DNA from: a virus
Lineage: Duplodnaviria; Heunggongvirae; Uroviricota; Caudoviricetes
Virus record (IMG/VR): IMGVR_UViG_3300028025_004880
DNA length: 64,000 nucleotides
Reading direction: 5' to 3' (one strand)
Both the position numbers and the translations under genes were made by a program. The first letter of the stretch is position 1. Every line of letters starts with the position of its first letter. Positions 31,416 through 39,908 of the stretch are shown one piece after another. A model generated the notes under the pieces. The model saw only the letters and a program-made list of their open reading frames with translations, made no database searches and had not been told where the DNA came from.

Positions 31416-31946
31416 ATGGCATACATCGGAAGAGATCCTCTCTATGGATTATTTGAGAAACAGGTGGTTTCTGCCAATGGCAGTACCACTTTGTTTACCT
31501 TAGATTTTTTAGTAGGATCTGCATCCTCTATCCTAGTAGTTGACGATGGCGCAGTAGTGCAGCCTGGAGTTGGGTATACTATTGTTGATGGTGGAACAAA
31601 GATACAGTTTGCATCTGCTCCAGCTGGAGTAGTATATCTAATCTATCTTGGCAAACAACTATTAGTTCCATCTTACGACAAAACAATTCTCGCACAAGAT
31701 TTGAGTGGGAATATAACTTTAACTACATCTGATATCAGAGACATAATTTCCGTAAATCCTCTCGTTTCTAATAGGACAATTTTTATACCTGTTGCAGCAG
31801 ATGCTGTTGGATACCAGACTACTATAAGAAATAGATCTTCATCACTGTCAGTTGTCATAAATGCAGGATCAACTGTTGCTACGGTTTCTCCAAATAGTTC
31901 AGTTACTATTGCCTCTGATGGTATAGGTTGGTTTATCGTTCTTTAA
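31416..31946 (+). CDS. small structural protein with a T7 gp17-like N-terminal tail-attachment domain (MAYIG paralogue 2)
   Basis: MAYIGRDPLYGLFEKQVVSANGSTTLFTLDFLVGSASSILVVDDGAVVQPGVGYTIVDGGTKIQF aligns position-by-position to T7 gp17 YQLDGSNRDFNIPFEYLARKFVVVTLIGVDRKVLTINTDYRFATRTTISL. GGAG RBS. Confidence 0.5.
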   Translation: MAYIGRDPLYGLFEKQVVSANGSTTLFTLDFLVGSASSILVVDDGAVVQPGVGYTIVDGGTKIQFASAPAGVVYLIYLGKQLLVPSYDKTILAQDLSGNITLTTSDIRDIISVNPLVSNRTIFIPVAADAVGYQTTIRNRSSSLSVVINAGSTVATVSPNSSVTIASDGIGWFIVL

Positions 31947-31947
31947 C

Positions 31948-31972
31948 AAAGAGACTCGAAAGGGTCTTTTTT
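31948..31972 (+). terminator. rho-independent terminator
   Basis: AAAGAGACTC-GAAA-GGGTCTTTTTT. Stem of about 6-9 bp including G·U pairs, GNRA tetraloop, then a T6 run right after the MAYIG-2 stop. Confidence 0.6.
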
Positions 31973-31992
31973 AATTTTGACCTTGCATATTT

Positions 31993-32000
31993 TATAAATA
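31993..32000 (+). promoter_or_regulatory. T4-type late promoter box TATAAATA
   Basis: Exact TATAAATA lies 27 nt upstream of the GTG start at 32027, following a terminator. Confidence 0.5.
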
Positions 32001-32026
32001 TACAAGTAAAGAGTATGGGGTAAAAC

Positions 32027-32356
32027 GTGGCAACAATAACTAATTTATTCATCGACCAAGGTTCTGATTATAGTTCAATTATTACATTGACTAATCAGGA
32101 TGGCACTGTCATTAATTTGACAGGATACACGGTAGCATCACAGTTTAGAAAATCTGCTACATCATCTACCTCAATTGCGTTTACTGCAACAGTACACAAT
32201 GCAGCAACTGGACAAATAAAATTAGAACTATCGGCAGCAGCATCAACAGCTATTGCTGCTGGTAGATATGTGTATGATATCGAAATAACACTAGGTACAG
32301 CAAAAAGAAGAGTGCTGGAAGGTTTGGTTGTTCTATCCCCTGAAGTAACGAGATAA
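32027..32356 (+). CDS. hypothetical protein (109 aa), GTG start, first gene of the fibre operon
   Basis: ORF begins at GTG after an AGAGTATGGGG RBS. The upstream ATG at 32015 terminates after 2 codons. Confidence 0.45.
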   Translation: MATITNLFIDQGSDYSSIITLTNQDGTVINLTGYTVASQFRKSATSSTSIAFTATVHNAATGQIKLELSAAASTAIAAGRYVYDIEITLGTAKRRVLEGLVVLSPEVTR

Positions 32357-32359
32357 AAC

Positions 32360-32611
32360 ATGACTGATATAGTAGCAGTATTAAACAATCCCAATATTGT
32401 TGTGTCGGTAGATTCTACTGGCAATAATCCAACAGTTCAATCTATTGGAATACAAGGACCAGCAGCATCAGATTCACCGCTGAGTGCCAATATTGAGGTT
32501 GATGCAACAGGAAAAACAGAAGGATCTTTGTTGGTCTACAAAACAGCTACATCAAAGTGGACAGCAACAACAACATTAAACGCCCAAAATTTAGAAGGCG
32601 GTAATTATTAA
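32360..32611 (+). CDS. hypothetical protein (83 aa)
   Basis: ORF in the track, 3 nt after the upstream stop. Confidence 0.45.
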   Translation: MTDIVAVLNNPNIVVSVDSTGNNPTVQSIGIQGPAASDSPLSANIEVDATGKTEGSLLVYKTATSKWTATTTLNAQNLEGGNY

Positions 32612-32629
32612 CAATCGAAGGAAATAGAG

Positions 32630-35365
32630 ATGGCATCAATTATTCGCATAAAAAGATCTACAACTGCTGGAGATCCTACCACACTTGGTAATGGAGAACT
32701 AGCATATTCAGCAGCAGATTCTTCCGTTGTCTCTGGTGGCGACCGACTTTACGTTGGTATCGGTAATGAGATCTCGGGTAATGCTGCGACGCACATTGTT
32801 GTTGGTGGTAAATATTTTACCGATATGCTGGATCATGCGAAGGGGGTTCTAACCGCATCTTCTGCAATTATTACTGATTCTAACAGTAAGATCGACAACT
32901 TAAAAGTTGACAATATTGATTTAAATGGAAACACTATTAGTATAACAGATACTAATGGTAATTTAGTACTTGCTGCCAATGGTACTGGTTTTGTTGATGT
33001 TTCTACTGGTGTTGTTAAGATTGCTTCCACAACAGCAGCAACAACCACTACTTCAGGTGCTTTACAAGTAGCTGGTGGTGCTGGTATCGGTGGCGCATTG
33101 CATGTTGGTGGTCTAATTAATGCTCAGTCTGCCACATTCACAAACATTAATAATACTCCAATTGGTAACTCAACACCAAGTACTGGTGCGTTTACCACAT
33201 TATCTGCTTCTAGCACACTGGATGTAACAGGCGCAGCTACTTTCAATGGCGCAGTAAATATTGGTGCTAGCACTATTCAAGAGTATATCTATGATACAGT
33301 TGGTGGTGCAGTTACTGGTGGTACTGGTATTACTATTACCAACTCTGATGTTGGAAATACCTCAACAGTTTCTCTTTCTAATCAAATTACTGCTGCAGGA
33401 CCAGTTGGTTCTTCAACATCAATTCCAGTTATAACTTTTAATGCTCAGGGTCAATTAACTGCAGTAACAACAGCATCAATTAGTACCACTCTTGGTATTG
33501 CTGGTGATACTGGTACAGATTCTATTGCTCTTGCTACCGATACGCTGACATTTACTGGTGGTGAAGGCATTGACACTTCTGTAAATTCCGCAACAAATAC
33601 AATTACTATTGCAGCAGAAGATGCTTCTACAACCAACAAGGGTGTTGCTTCTTTTGAAACAAACGATTTTAACGTAACTGCTGGTGCAGTTGAGTTAAAA
33701 GACACAGTAATCAAAGGTTTAACTGTCGATTCTTCTGCTGCAGTAACCCCAAGTGGTCATGCGATTGCTATTGTTGGTGGTGAAGGTGTTGATGTTACAG
33801 CATCTGGTGCAACTATTACTGTTGCGGGTGAAGATGCTTCTGATACAAACAAGGGTATTGCTTCTTTCGCAACATCTGGATTTAATGTTGCTGCTGGTGT
33901 TGTTACTTTATCCGACACAGTTGTAAAAGCTGTTACAACAGACAGTGGCGCAATGAGTATGGCTGGGAATGCTATTAGCATTCTTGGTGGTGAAGGTATT
34001 GATGTCACACATGCTGGGACATCAATTACAGTAACTGGAGAATATGCAAGTGGTGCCAATGCTGGTATTGCTTCTTTCTCTGCAACTCATTTTGACGTAT
34101 CAAACGTAGGTGATGTTACCATTAAAAATGGTGGTGTTGCCAACGCTAAACTTGTAAACAGTGCAGTAACTATTGGTTCTACATCTGTTTCTCTTGGTGC
34201 GACACAAACCTCATTGGCAGGTCTTACTGCAGTTACTGTTGATAATATTAATATCGATGGAAACACAATTTCATCTACAAATGTTAATGGCAACATTATT
34301 CTTGATCCAAATGGAACAGGTGTTATCGATGCTTCTGCAACTCGCATTACTAATCTTGCCGAACCATCTGCCGATTCAGATGCTGCTACAAAATATTACG
34401 TTGATGCTGCTCGTTCTGGTCTTGATGTTAAAAATTCAGTTAAAGCAGCTACAACTGCAAATATTACACTAAGCAATACACAAACTATTGATGGTGTTGC
34501 TCTTTCTGTTGGCGATCGTGTTCTTGTTAAAGATCAAACAACCGCATCTCAAAATGGTATCTATGTTGTTGCTTCCAGTTCTTGGACTCGCGCAACAGAT
34601 GCTGATGCTCCTGCTGAATTAAATCCAGGAACTTTCGTTTTCGTTGAACAAGGTACTGTCAACGATAACACTGGTTTTGTTGTAGTTTCTGATAGTGTTG
34701 TAACTATTGGCACTGATGACATCAACTGGACATTATTCTCTGCTTCTGGCACACTAATTGCTGGTAATGGTTTATCTAAAAACGGATATACGCTAGAAGT
34801 TAATGTCGCAGGATCTGGTGGTATTGAGTTATCATCTGATGCTTTACAACTAAAATCCACAATAGCAGGTACTGGTTTAGATTATGCTTCTGGTGTTCTT
34901 TCTCTTGAAACAACATTAGCTGGTGCTGGTTTAACATATACTGCTGGTGTAATCGACCTTAATGTCGCTACGAATGGTGGCTTAGAATTAGACGGATCAG
35001 ATAATCTACAACTAAAATCGACTGTTGCTGGTACTGGTTTAACACTAACATCTGGTGTTCTAAATGTTATTGGAACTGCAGATAGAATCACTGCCAATGC
35101 AGATAGTATTGATATTGCGTCAACATATGTTGGTCAAAACACTATTACTACTCTTGGCACTATTACTACTGGCACTTGGCAAGGTAGCGTAATTACAGCA
35201 CTATATGGTGGTACTGGTCACTCTAGTTACAGCACTGGCGATTTGTTGGTTGCTTCTGGCGCATCTACATTAAGTAAACTAACAGTTGGCACTAGTGGAA
35301 AAATTCTACAATCTAATGGTTCAACATTAGTTTATGGTGACATTGATGGTGGAACATACGCTTAA
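32630..35365 (+). CDS. tail fibre protein (911 aa) with a conserved fibre N-terminal motif and internal repeats
   Basis: N-terminus MASIIRIKRSTTAGDPTTLGNGELAYSAADSSV is the I/V-x-R(R/K)-GT...G-E-L...D fibre-attachment motif. Repeated segments recur, such as GEGIDTSVNSATNTITIAAEDASTTNKGVASFETNDFNVTAGAV / GEGVDVTASGATITVAGEDASDTNKGIASFATSGFNVAAGVV and STIAGTGLDYASGVLSL / STVAGTGLTLTSGVLNV. Confidence 0.65.
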   Translation: MASIIRIKRSTTAGDPTTLGNGELAYSAADSSVVSGGDRLYVGIGNEISGNAATHIVVGGKYFTDMLDHAKGVLTASSAIITDSNSKIDNLKVDNIDLNGNTISITDTNGNLVLAANGTGFVDVSTGVVKIASTTAATTTTSGALQVAGGAGIGGALHVGGLINAQSATFTNINNTPIGNSTPSTGAFTTLSASSTLDVTGAATFNGAVNIGASTIQEYIYDTVGGAVTGGTGITITNSDVGNTSTVSLSNQITAAGPVGSSTSIPVITFNAQGQLTAVTTASISTTLGIAGDTGTDSIALATDTLTFTGGEGIDTSVNSATNTITIAAEDASTTNKGVASFETNDFNVTAGAVELKDTVIKGLTVDSSAAVTPSGHAIAIVGGEGVDVTASGATITVAGEDASDTNKGIASFATSGFNVAAGVVTLSDTVVKAVTTDSGAMSMAGNAISILGGEGIDVTHAGTSITVTGEYASGANAGIASFSATHFDVSNVGDVTIKNGGVANAKLVNSAVTIGSTSVSLGATQTSLAGLTAVTVDNINIDGNTISSTNVNGNIILDPNGTGVIDASATRITNLAEPSADSDAATKYYVDAARSGLDVKNSVKAATTANITLSNTQTIDGVALSVGDRVLVKDQTTASQNGIYVVASSSWTRATDADAPAELNPGTFVFVEQGTVNDNTGFVVVSDSVVTIGTDDINWTLFSASGTLIAGNGLSKNGYTLEVNVAGSGGIELSSDALQLKSTIAGTGLDYASGVLSLETTLAGAGLTYTAGVIDLNVATNGGLELDGSDNLQLKSTVAGTGLTLTSGVLNVIGTADRITANADSIDIASTYVGQNTITTLGTITTGTWQGSVITALYGGTGHSSYSTGDLLVASGASTLSKLTVGTSGKILQSNGSTLVYGDIDGGTYA

Positions 35366-36111
35366 TGGCAAATGTAATTAAATTAAAGCGATCTGAAGTT
35401 GCCAATGCAGTGCCATTGGCAGCAGACCTTGCGGTCGGAGAAGTCGCATTTAATTCAGCCGATAAAAAAATATATTCGAAAGATAGTGTTGGGAATGTTG
35501 TCTTAATTGCGACTGCCAGCGATACTCTTCAAAATATTACTAGTCGTGGGGCTTCGTCATCAAACGCTATTACTTTAAGTAATACTACTGCGTCATCATC
35601 AACTACTACTGGTGCACTAAAAGTTGCAGGTGGTGTTGGTGTTGCGGGAAAATTGAGTGCGGGTTCAGTAAGTGTAAATAACGCATATACTTTACCAACA
35701 TCAGACGGAACTGTAAACCAAGTTATCGCAACAGATGGTGCAGGCAATTTAACCTTTATCCCCAATGGATCTGGTTTTGCTTCCATAACTTCTCCGAGTC
35801 AAACTACATTATCTGCAATAACATCATCTTCTTTAGATTTTGTTGGTGGTTCAGGTATTTCTATTACTCTGGACTCTATACTAAATAAGATAACGATTAC
35901 TAATACTGGTCTTGATGCTGGATCATATGCTTCAGAAACATATGTAGAAGATGTAGTTAACACCGAAGTGTTTCCAACTGGAGACTATGGTGACTTTACT
36001 GCTTTCTCCGCAACACAAGATGCTTTCGGTATTGACATAACATCCGCCAAAGATTACGACTTAGCAGGATATCCAGGATATCTTAGATCTGTAAACTTTG
36101 GTACATTATAA
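35365..36111 (+). CDS. tail fibre paralogue (248 aa), same N-terminal motif
   Basis: MANVIKLKRSEVANAVPLAADLAVGEVAFNSADKKIY shares the K/RRS...GE(L/V) N-terminal motif with the 32630 and 36126 ORFs. TAATG-coupled to the upstream fibre gene. Confidence 0.55.
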   Translation: MANVIKLKRSEVANAVPLAADLAVGEVAFNSADKKIYSKDSVGNVVLIATASDTLQNITSRGASSSNAITLSNTTASSSTTTGALKVAGGVGVAGKLSAGSVSVNNAYTLPTSDGTVNQVIATDGAGNLTFIPNGSGFASITSPSQTTLSAITSSSLDFVGGSGISITLDSILNKITITNTGLDAGSYASETYVEDVVNTEVFPTGDYGDFTAFSATQDAFGIDITSAKDYDLAGYPGYLRSVNFGTL

Positions 36112-36125
36112 AAGTGGAGATATAA

Positions 36126-37742
36126 ATGCCAACAGTTGTGCAATTTAGACGTGGTACTACTACACAAAACAATGCCTTCACTGGTGCGGTGGGCGAACTT
36201 AGTATTGACACACAATTAGATACTATTCGTGTTCATGATGGTAGCACTGCAGGTGGTTTCGAGTTGGTACAGAAAGCTGCTACTCAAACTCTAACAAACA
36301 AAACAATCAATTTAACAAGCAACACTTTAACAGCAACTCTTGCTCAATTAAACACAGCTATTTCAGACGCAGATGTTTCTACTATCGATGGAACAGAAAC
36401 ATTAACAAATAAAACATTGGCAAGTCCAGTTGTTACTACGCAGCTAACATCTAGTAGCGCATCGTTCGCTTTACTTGATACACCAACTACAATAAACTTT
36501 GGTGCTGCAGCAACCACATTCAATATTGGAAATACCAATGCTGCTGTAGCGAACACAGTAAACCTAGCAACTGCTGCTACGAACACTGGGTTAACGAAAA
36601 CAGTAAATCTCGGTACTGGTGGCGCATCAGGTTCTACCACAAATATTAACATTGGTTCTGCCAGTGGTGGTACTACTACAGTAAATAAAGATTTAGTTGT
36701 TTCTGGTGACTTAACAGTAAACGGAACAACGACAACAATTAATTCCACAACTCTTTCAGTTGACGATAAGAATATTGTTCTTGGTGATATCGCATCGCCA
36801 ACAGATATTACGGCAGATGGTGGTGGTATTACATTAAAAGGCGCAACTGATAAGACCTTTAACTATGTAAACGCAACAGGATTGTGGACAGCAAACATTG
36901 GTATTGAAGCAACTTCTTTCAAAGGTTCTGCGAATTTATCTGGTGGAACAATTGCTAATATTACAGGATTGGGATTTAATGCTGGAGTTTCTGTTGCTGA
37001 ATTTAGTGCCGATGGAACATTAGCTGGAAACGCTGATGATGCAATCCCAACAGAGAAAGCAGTTAAGACCTACGTAGATGGTCAGAATTCAGTAACGCAA
37101 ACTCTTACAAATAAAACTATTGCTTTTGGTAGCAACACAGTAAGTGGAACATTGGCTCAGTTTAATACTGCTGTAACCGATGCTGACCTTGCTTCTCTAG
37201 CAGGATCTGAAACTCTAACAAATAAAACTATTAGTGGTACAAACAACACTCTATCTAATATTGGCAACTCTTCTCTAACAAACAGTAGCATTAGCATCAA
37301 TGGATCTGCTATTTCATTGGGTGGTTCAGTTACTGGTCTTGCAGTTACCTCAGGTAAACTATCACAATTTGCTGCCACAACATCATCAGAATTGCTTGGT
37401 GTTATCTCTGATGAAACAGGTTCTGGCGCATTAGTGTTTGGTACAAGTCCAACAATAACCACTGCAACACTAAGTGGTAACACAAATATTACTGGTCACC
37501 TTTTACCAACTGCATCTATTACTTACGACTTGGGTAGCGCAACAAACAGATTCCGCGACTTATATCTAGCAGGCACAACTATCTACTTGGGTACAACTAA
37601 AATTATGCTTGATGCTGATGGTAATATGATAACCAACAAGAACTCTGCAGGAGGATATCCTGCTGGAAGCAATACTGCAATGGCAACTAAAGCAGGTGCT
37701 GCATTTGCAGGTATACCTTTCGCCATTGCGCTTGGAGGTTAA
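36126..37742 (+). CDS. tail fibre paralogue (538 aa), same N-terminal motif
   Basis: MPTVVQFRRGTTTQNNAFTGAVGELSIDTQLDTIRVHDGSTAGG is the classic QFRRGT...GEL..DTD...R.GDG fibre N-terminus. Repeated (T)LTNKT(I/L) segments throughout. Confidence 0.6.
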   Translation: MPTVVQFRRGTTTQNNAFTGAVGELSIDTQLDTIRVHDGSTAGGFELVQKAATQTLTNKTINLTSNTLTATLAQLNTAISDADVSTIDGTETLTNKTLASPVVTTQLTSSSASFALLDTPTTINFGAAATTFNIGNTNAAVANTVNLATAATNTGLTKTVNLGTGGASGSTTNINIGSASGGTTTVNKDLVVSGDLTVNGTTTTINSTTLSVDDKNIVLGDIASPTDITADGGGITLKGATDKTFNYVNATGLWTANIGIEATSFKGSANLSGGTIANITGLGFNAGVSVAEFSADGTLAGNADDAIPTEKAVKTYVDGQNSVTQTLTNKTIAFGSNTVSGTLAQFNTAVTDADLASLAGSETLTNKTISGTNNTLSNIGNSSLTNSSISINGSAISLGGSVTGLAVTSGKLSQFAATTSSELLGVISDETGSGALVFGTSPTITTATLSGNTNITGHLLPTASITYDLGSATNRFRDLYLAGTTIYLGTTKIMLDADGNMITNKNSAGGYPAGSNTAMATKAGAAFAGIPFAIALGG

Positions 37743-37743
37743 T

Positions 37744-38484
37744 ATGGCAGTCGACAGTAGAGAAAAATTAAAAAAATATTGCCTAAGAGAATTGGGCGAT
37801 CCAGTTGTAGAGATTAATGTTGACGATGATCAACTAGAAGATCGCTTAGACGAAGCCATAGAATATTGGAGACAATATCACTACGATGGTACTGAAAAAA
37901 TTTATTTGAAACACCTAGTAACTGAAACTGATGTAACTAATCGATACATTCCAATCAATGATTTGGTTTATGGTGTGACACGTGTTTTCCCTACTATAAG
38001 CAGCACGTCATCATCTAAATCTATTTTTGATTTACAATATCAATTAAGATTAAATGATTTGTATGATTTAACATCAACATCAATTATCTACTACAAAACT
38101 GTAATGAATCATTTAGCGTTGCTTGACAATGTTCTAAATGGATCTGTCTTATACAGATTTAACCGATTACAAGATAGACTCTACATTGACTTAGATTGGG
38201 GTACTGAAGTAAAGGCTGGTCAATATTTACTTGTTGAGGCATATCGTGTATTAGACCCAGCGCAATTCCCAAAAATGTTTGGCGAACAATGGCTGAAGCA
38301 TTATACAACAGCTCTGTTTAAAAAACAGTGGGCTACTAATTTGAAAAAGTTTAATGGTCTACAACTTCCTGGCGGTGTTACCGTAGATGGCGATGGTCTC
38401 TATAAAGAGGCGATTGATGAAATGCGTGAGTTAGAAGATAATCTAAAAAATAAATCAGCGCCTCTCGAATTTTTTATGGGATAA
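37744..38484 (+). CDS. gp13: neck protein, gp13-like (inferred by synteny)
   Basis: 246 aa. ATG at 37744 directly after the fibre stop (TAATATGG); the track ORF from 37696 overlaps the fibre. Two genes upstream of a well-supported gp15. Confidence 0.5.
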   Translation: MAVDSREKLKKYCLRELGDPVVEINVDDDQLEDRLDEAIEYWRQYHYDGTEKIYLKHLVTETDVTNRYIPINDLVYGVTRVFPTISSTSSSKSIFDLQYQLRLNDLYDLTSTSIIYYKTVMNHLALLDNVLNGSVLYRFNRLQDRLYIDLDWGTEVKAGQYLLVEAYRVLDPAQFPKMFGEQWLKHYTTALFKKQWATNLKKFNGLQLPGGVTVDGDGLYKEAIDEMRELEDNLKNKSAPLEFFMG

Positions 38485-38487
38485 CTT

Positions 38488-39144
38488 ATGGCTAGAAATG
38501 TATATTTTAGCCACGGAACTCGAAATGAACAGCTTCTAATAGAAGATCTGATCATTGAGTCATTGGCCATTTATGGGCAAGATATGTTTTATCTTCCAAG
38601 AACACTCATAGCAAAAGATGAAATTTTGGGTGAGGATCGTTTAAGTAAATTCAAATCCTCATATCCAATCGAAATGTATTTCGAAAACGTAGATAATTTT
38701 GATGGGCAGGGACAGTTTATACAAAAGTTTGGTTTGATGAACGAGCAGTCTGCAACCCTAACAGTTGCCAGACGTAGATGGGAACAATTAATTGGCCAAT
38801 TCGGCCAAACCATAATTCCATCAAGACCTTGTGAGGGCGATCTTTTATATTTCCCTCTGACTAAAGGATTGTTTGAAATTAAGTTTGTTCAACATCAAGA
38901 CCCGTTCTATCAACTTGGAAAGTTGTATGTGTATAAATTACAAGTTGAGCTCTTCCAATATGGTTCAGAGAAGATCGATACAGGAATCGCTTCTATCGAT
39001 GTGTTTGAAACACTCAAGACATATGATACATCAATAAATAATGATGTTCAGAAATCTACATCGTTCGGCGATAACACTAGATTTAAAACTGAAGCAACCA
39101 CTGTTCTGTTTGATAAAAATAATCCGTTTGGGGATGTAAATTAA
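38488..39144 (+). CDS. gp14: neck protein, gp14-like (inferred by synteny)
   Basis: 218 aa ORF between the gp13-like gene and gp15, overlapping gp15 by TAATG. Confidence 0.5.
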   Translation: MARNVYFSHGTRNEQLLIEDLIIESLAIYGQDMFYLPRTLIAKDEILGEDRLSKFKSSYPIEMYFENVDNFDGQGQFIQKFGLMNEQSATLTVARRRWEQLIGQFGQTIIPSRPCEGDLLYFPLTKGLFEIKFVQHQDPFYQLGKLYVYKLQVELFQYGSEKIDTGIASIDVFETLKTYDTSINNDVQKSTSFGDNTRFKTEATTVLFDKNNPFGDVN

Positions 39145-39896
39145 TGTTAGCTGGTCAAGTTTTCTATCACGGAATTATCAGAAAAACTATTGTTGCGTTT
39201 GGTAGTTTGTTCAGCAACATCCAGATTCAAAGAAGATCTAAAGACGGAGCAAATACACTGCTCCAAACTGTTAAAGTTCCAGTTGCGTATGCGCCAAAGG
39301 AAAAATGGATAGTTCGTATTGAACAAGACCCGAATCTAGAAAACAATACATATACCGTATTACCTAGAATGTCGTTTGAGGTAACAAGTATCTCATATGA
39401 CCCATCTAGAAAATTGAACAGAATGAATAAGCTGGTCCAGTATAAAGCGCCAGTGGGCGCTGGACAACCATCATATACAGCAATGTATACACCAGTTCCA
39501 TATAATATAGATATATCGTTATACATCCTGACGAAGACGCAAGAAGATGCTATGCAAATAGTTGAGCAGATTCTTCCATATTTTACACCAGAGTTTACTC
39601 TGTCGCTAAATACTATTCCAGGAATGAATGTTGCTAACGATATTCCAGTTATATTGAATTCAGTTTCAGTGCAAGATGATTATGATGGCGATTTTCAAAC
39701 AAGAAGATTTGTAACATATACGCTTACATTCAATTTGAAAGTCAATTTATATGGACCGACTTCTAATGGTACACCAATTAAATCAGTATTGGTTGATACT
39801 ACAGTGATTAAAGATGGTCCAACAGTCGCAGACTATACGGCTACACAAACAACTCCACCTTCGGTTATTACTGAAACGTGGAACGAAGAATTTTAA
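39144..39896 (+). CDS. gp15: tail sheath stabiliser / tail terminator gp15
   Basis: SLFSNIQIQRRSK...VKVPVAYAPKEKW aligns to T4 gp15 (DLFSNIQIKRQLES...IRVPITYASKEHF). QIVEQILPYFTPEFT aligns to QIVEQILPYFQPHFN. Confidence 0.85.
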   Translation: MLAGQVFYHGIIRKTIVAFGSLFSNIQIQRRSKDGANTLLQTVKVPVAYAPKEKWIVRIEQDPNLENNTYTVLPRMSFEVTSISYDPSRKLNRMNKLVQYKAPVGAGQPSYTAMYTPVPYNIDISLYILTKTQEDAMQIVEQILPYFTPEFTLSLNTIPGMNVANDIPVILNSVSVQDDYDGDFQTRRFVTYTLTFNLKVNLYGPTSNGTPIKSVLVDTTVIKDGPTVADYTATQTTPPSVITETWNEEF

Positions 39897-39908
39897 AGGA
39901 GTTTTAAA

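Noticed and set aside
33451-34472. Several 86-100-aa ORFs on the minus strand and in +2/+3 frames inside the 911-aa fibre gene (33451..33714, 33757..34059, 34087..34347, 34173..34472)
   Set aside because: All are embedded in a long repetitive, Thr/Gly/Ala-rich fibre gene. The repeats create open alternative frames. They have no start context and are not independent genes.
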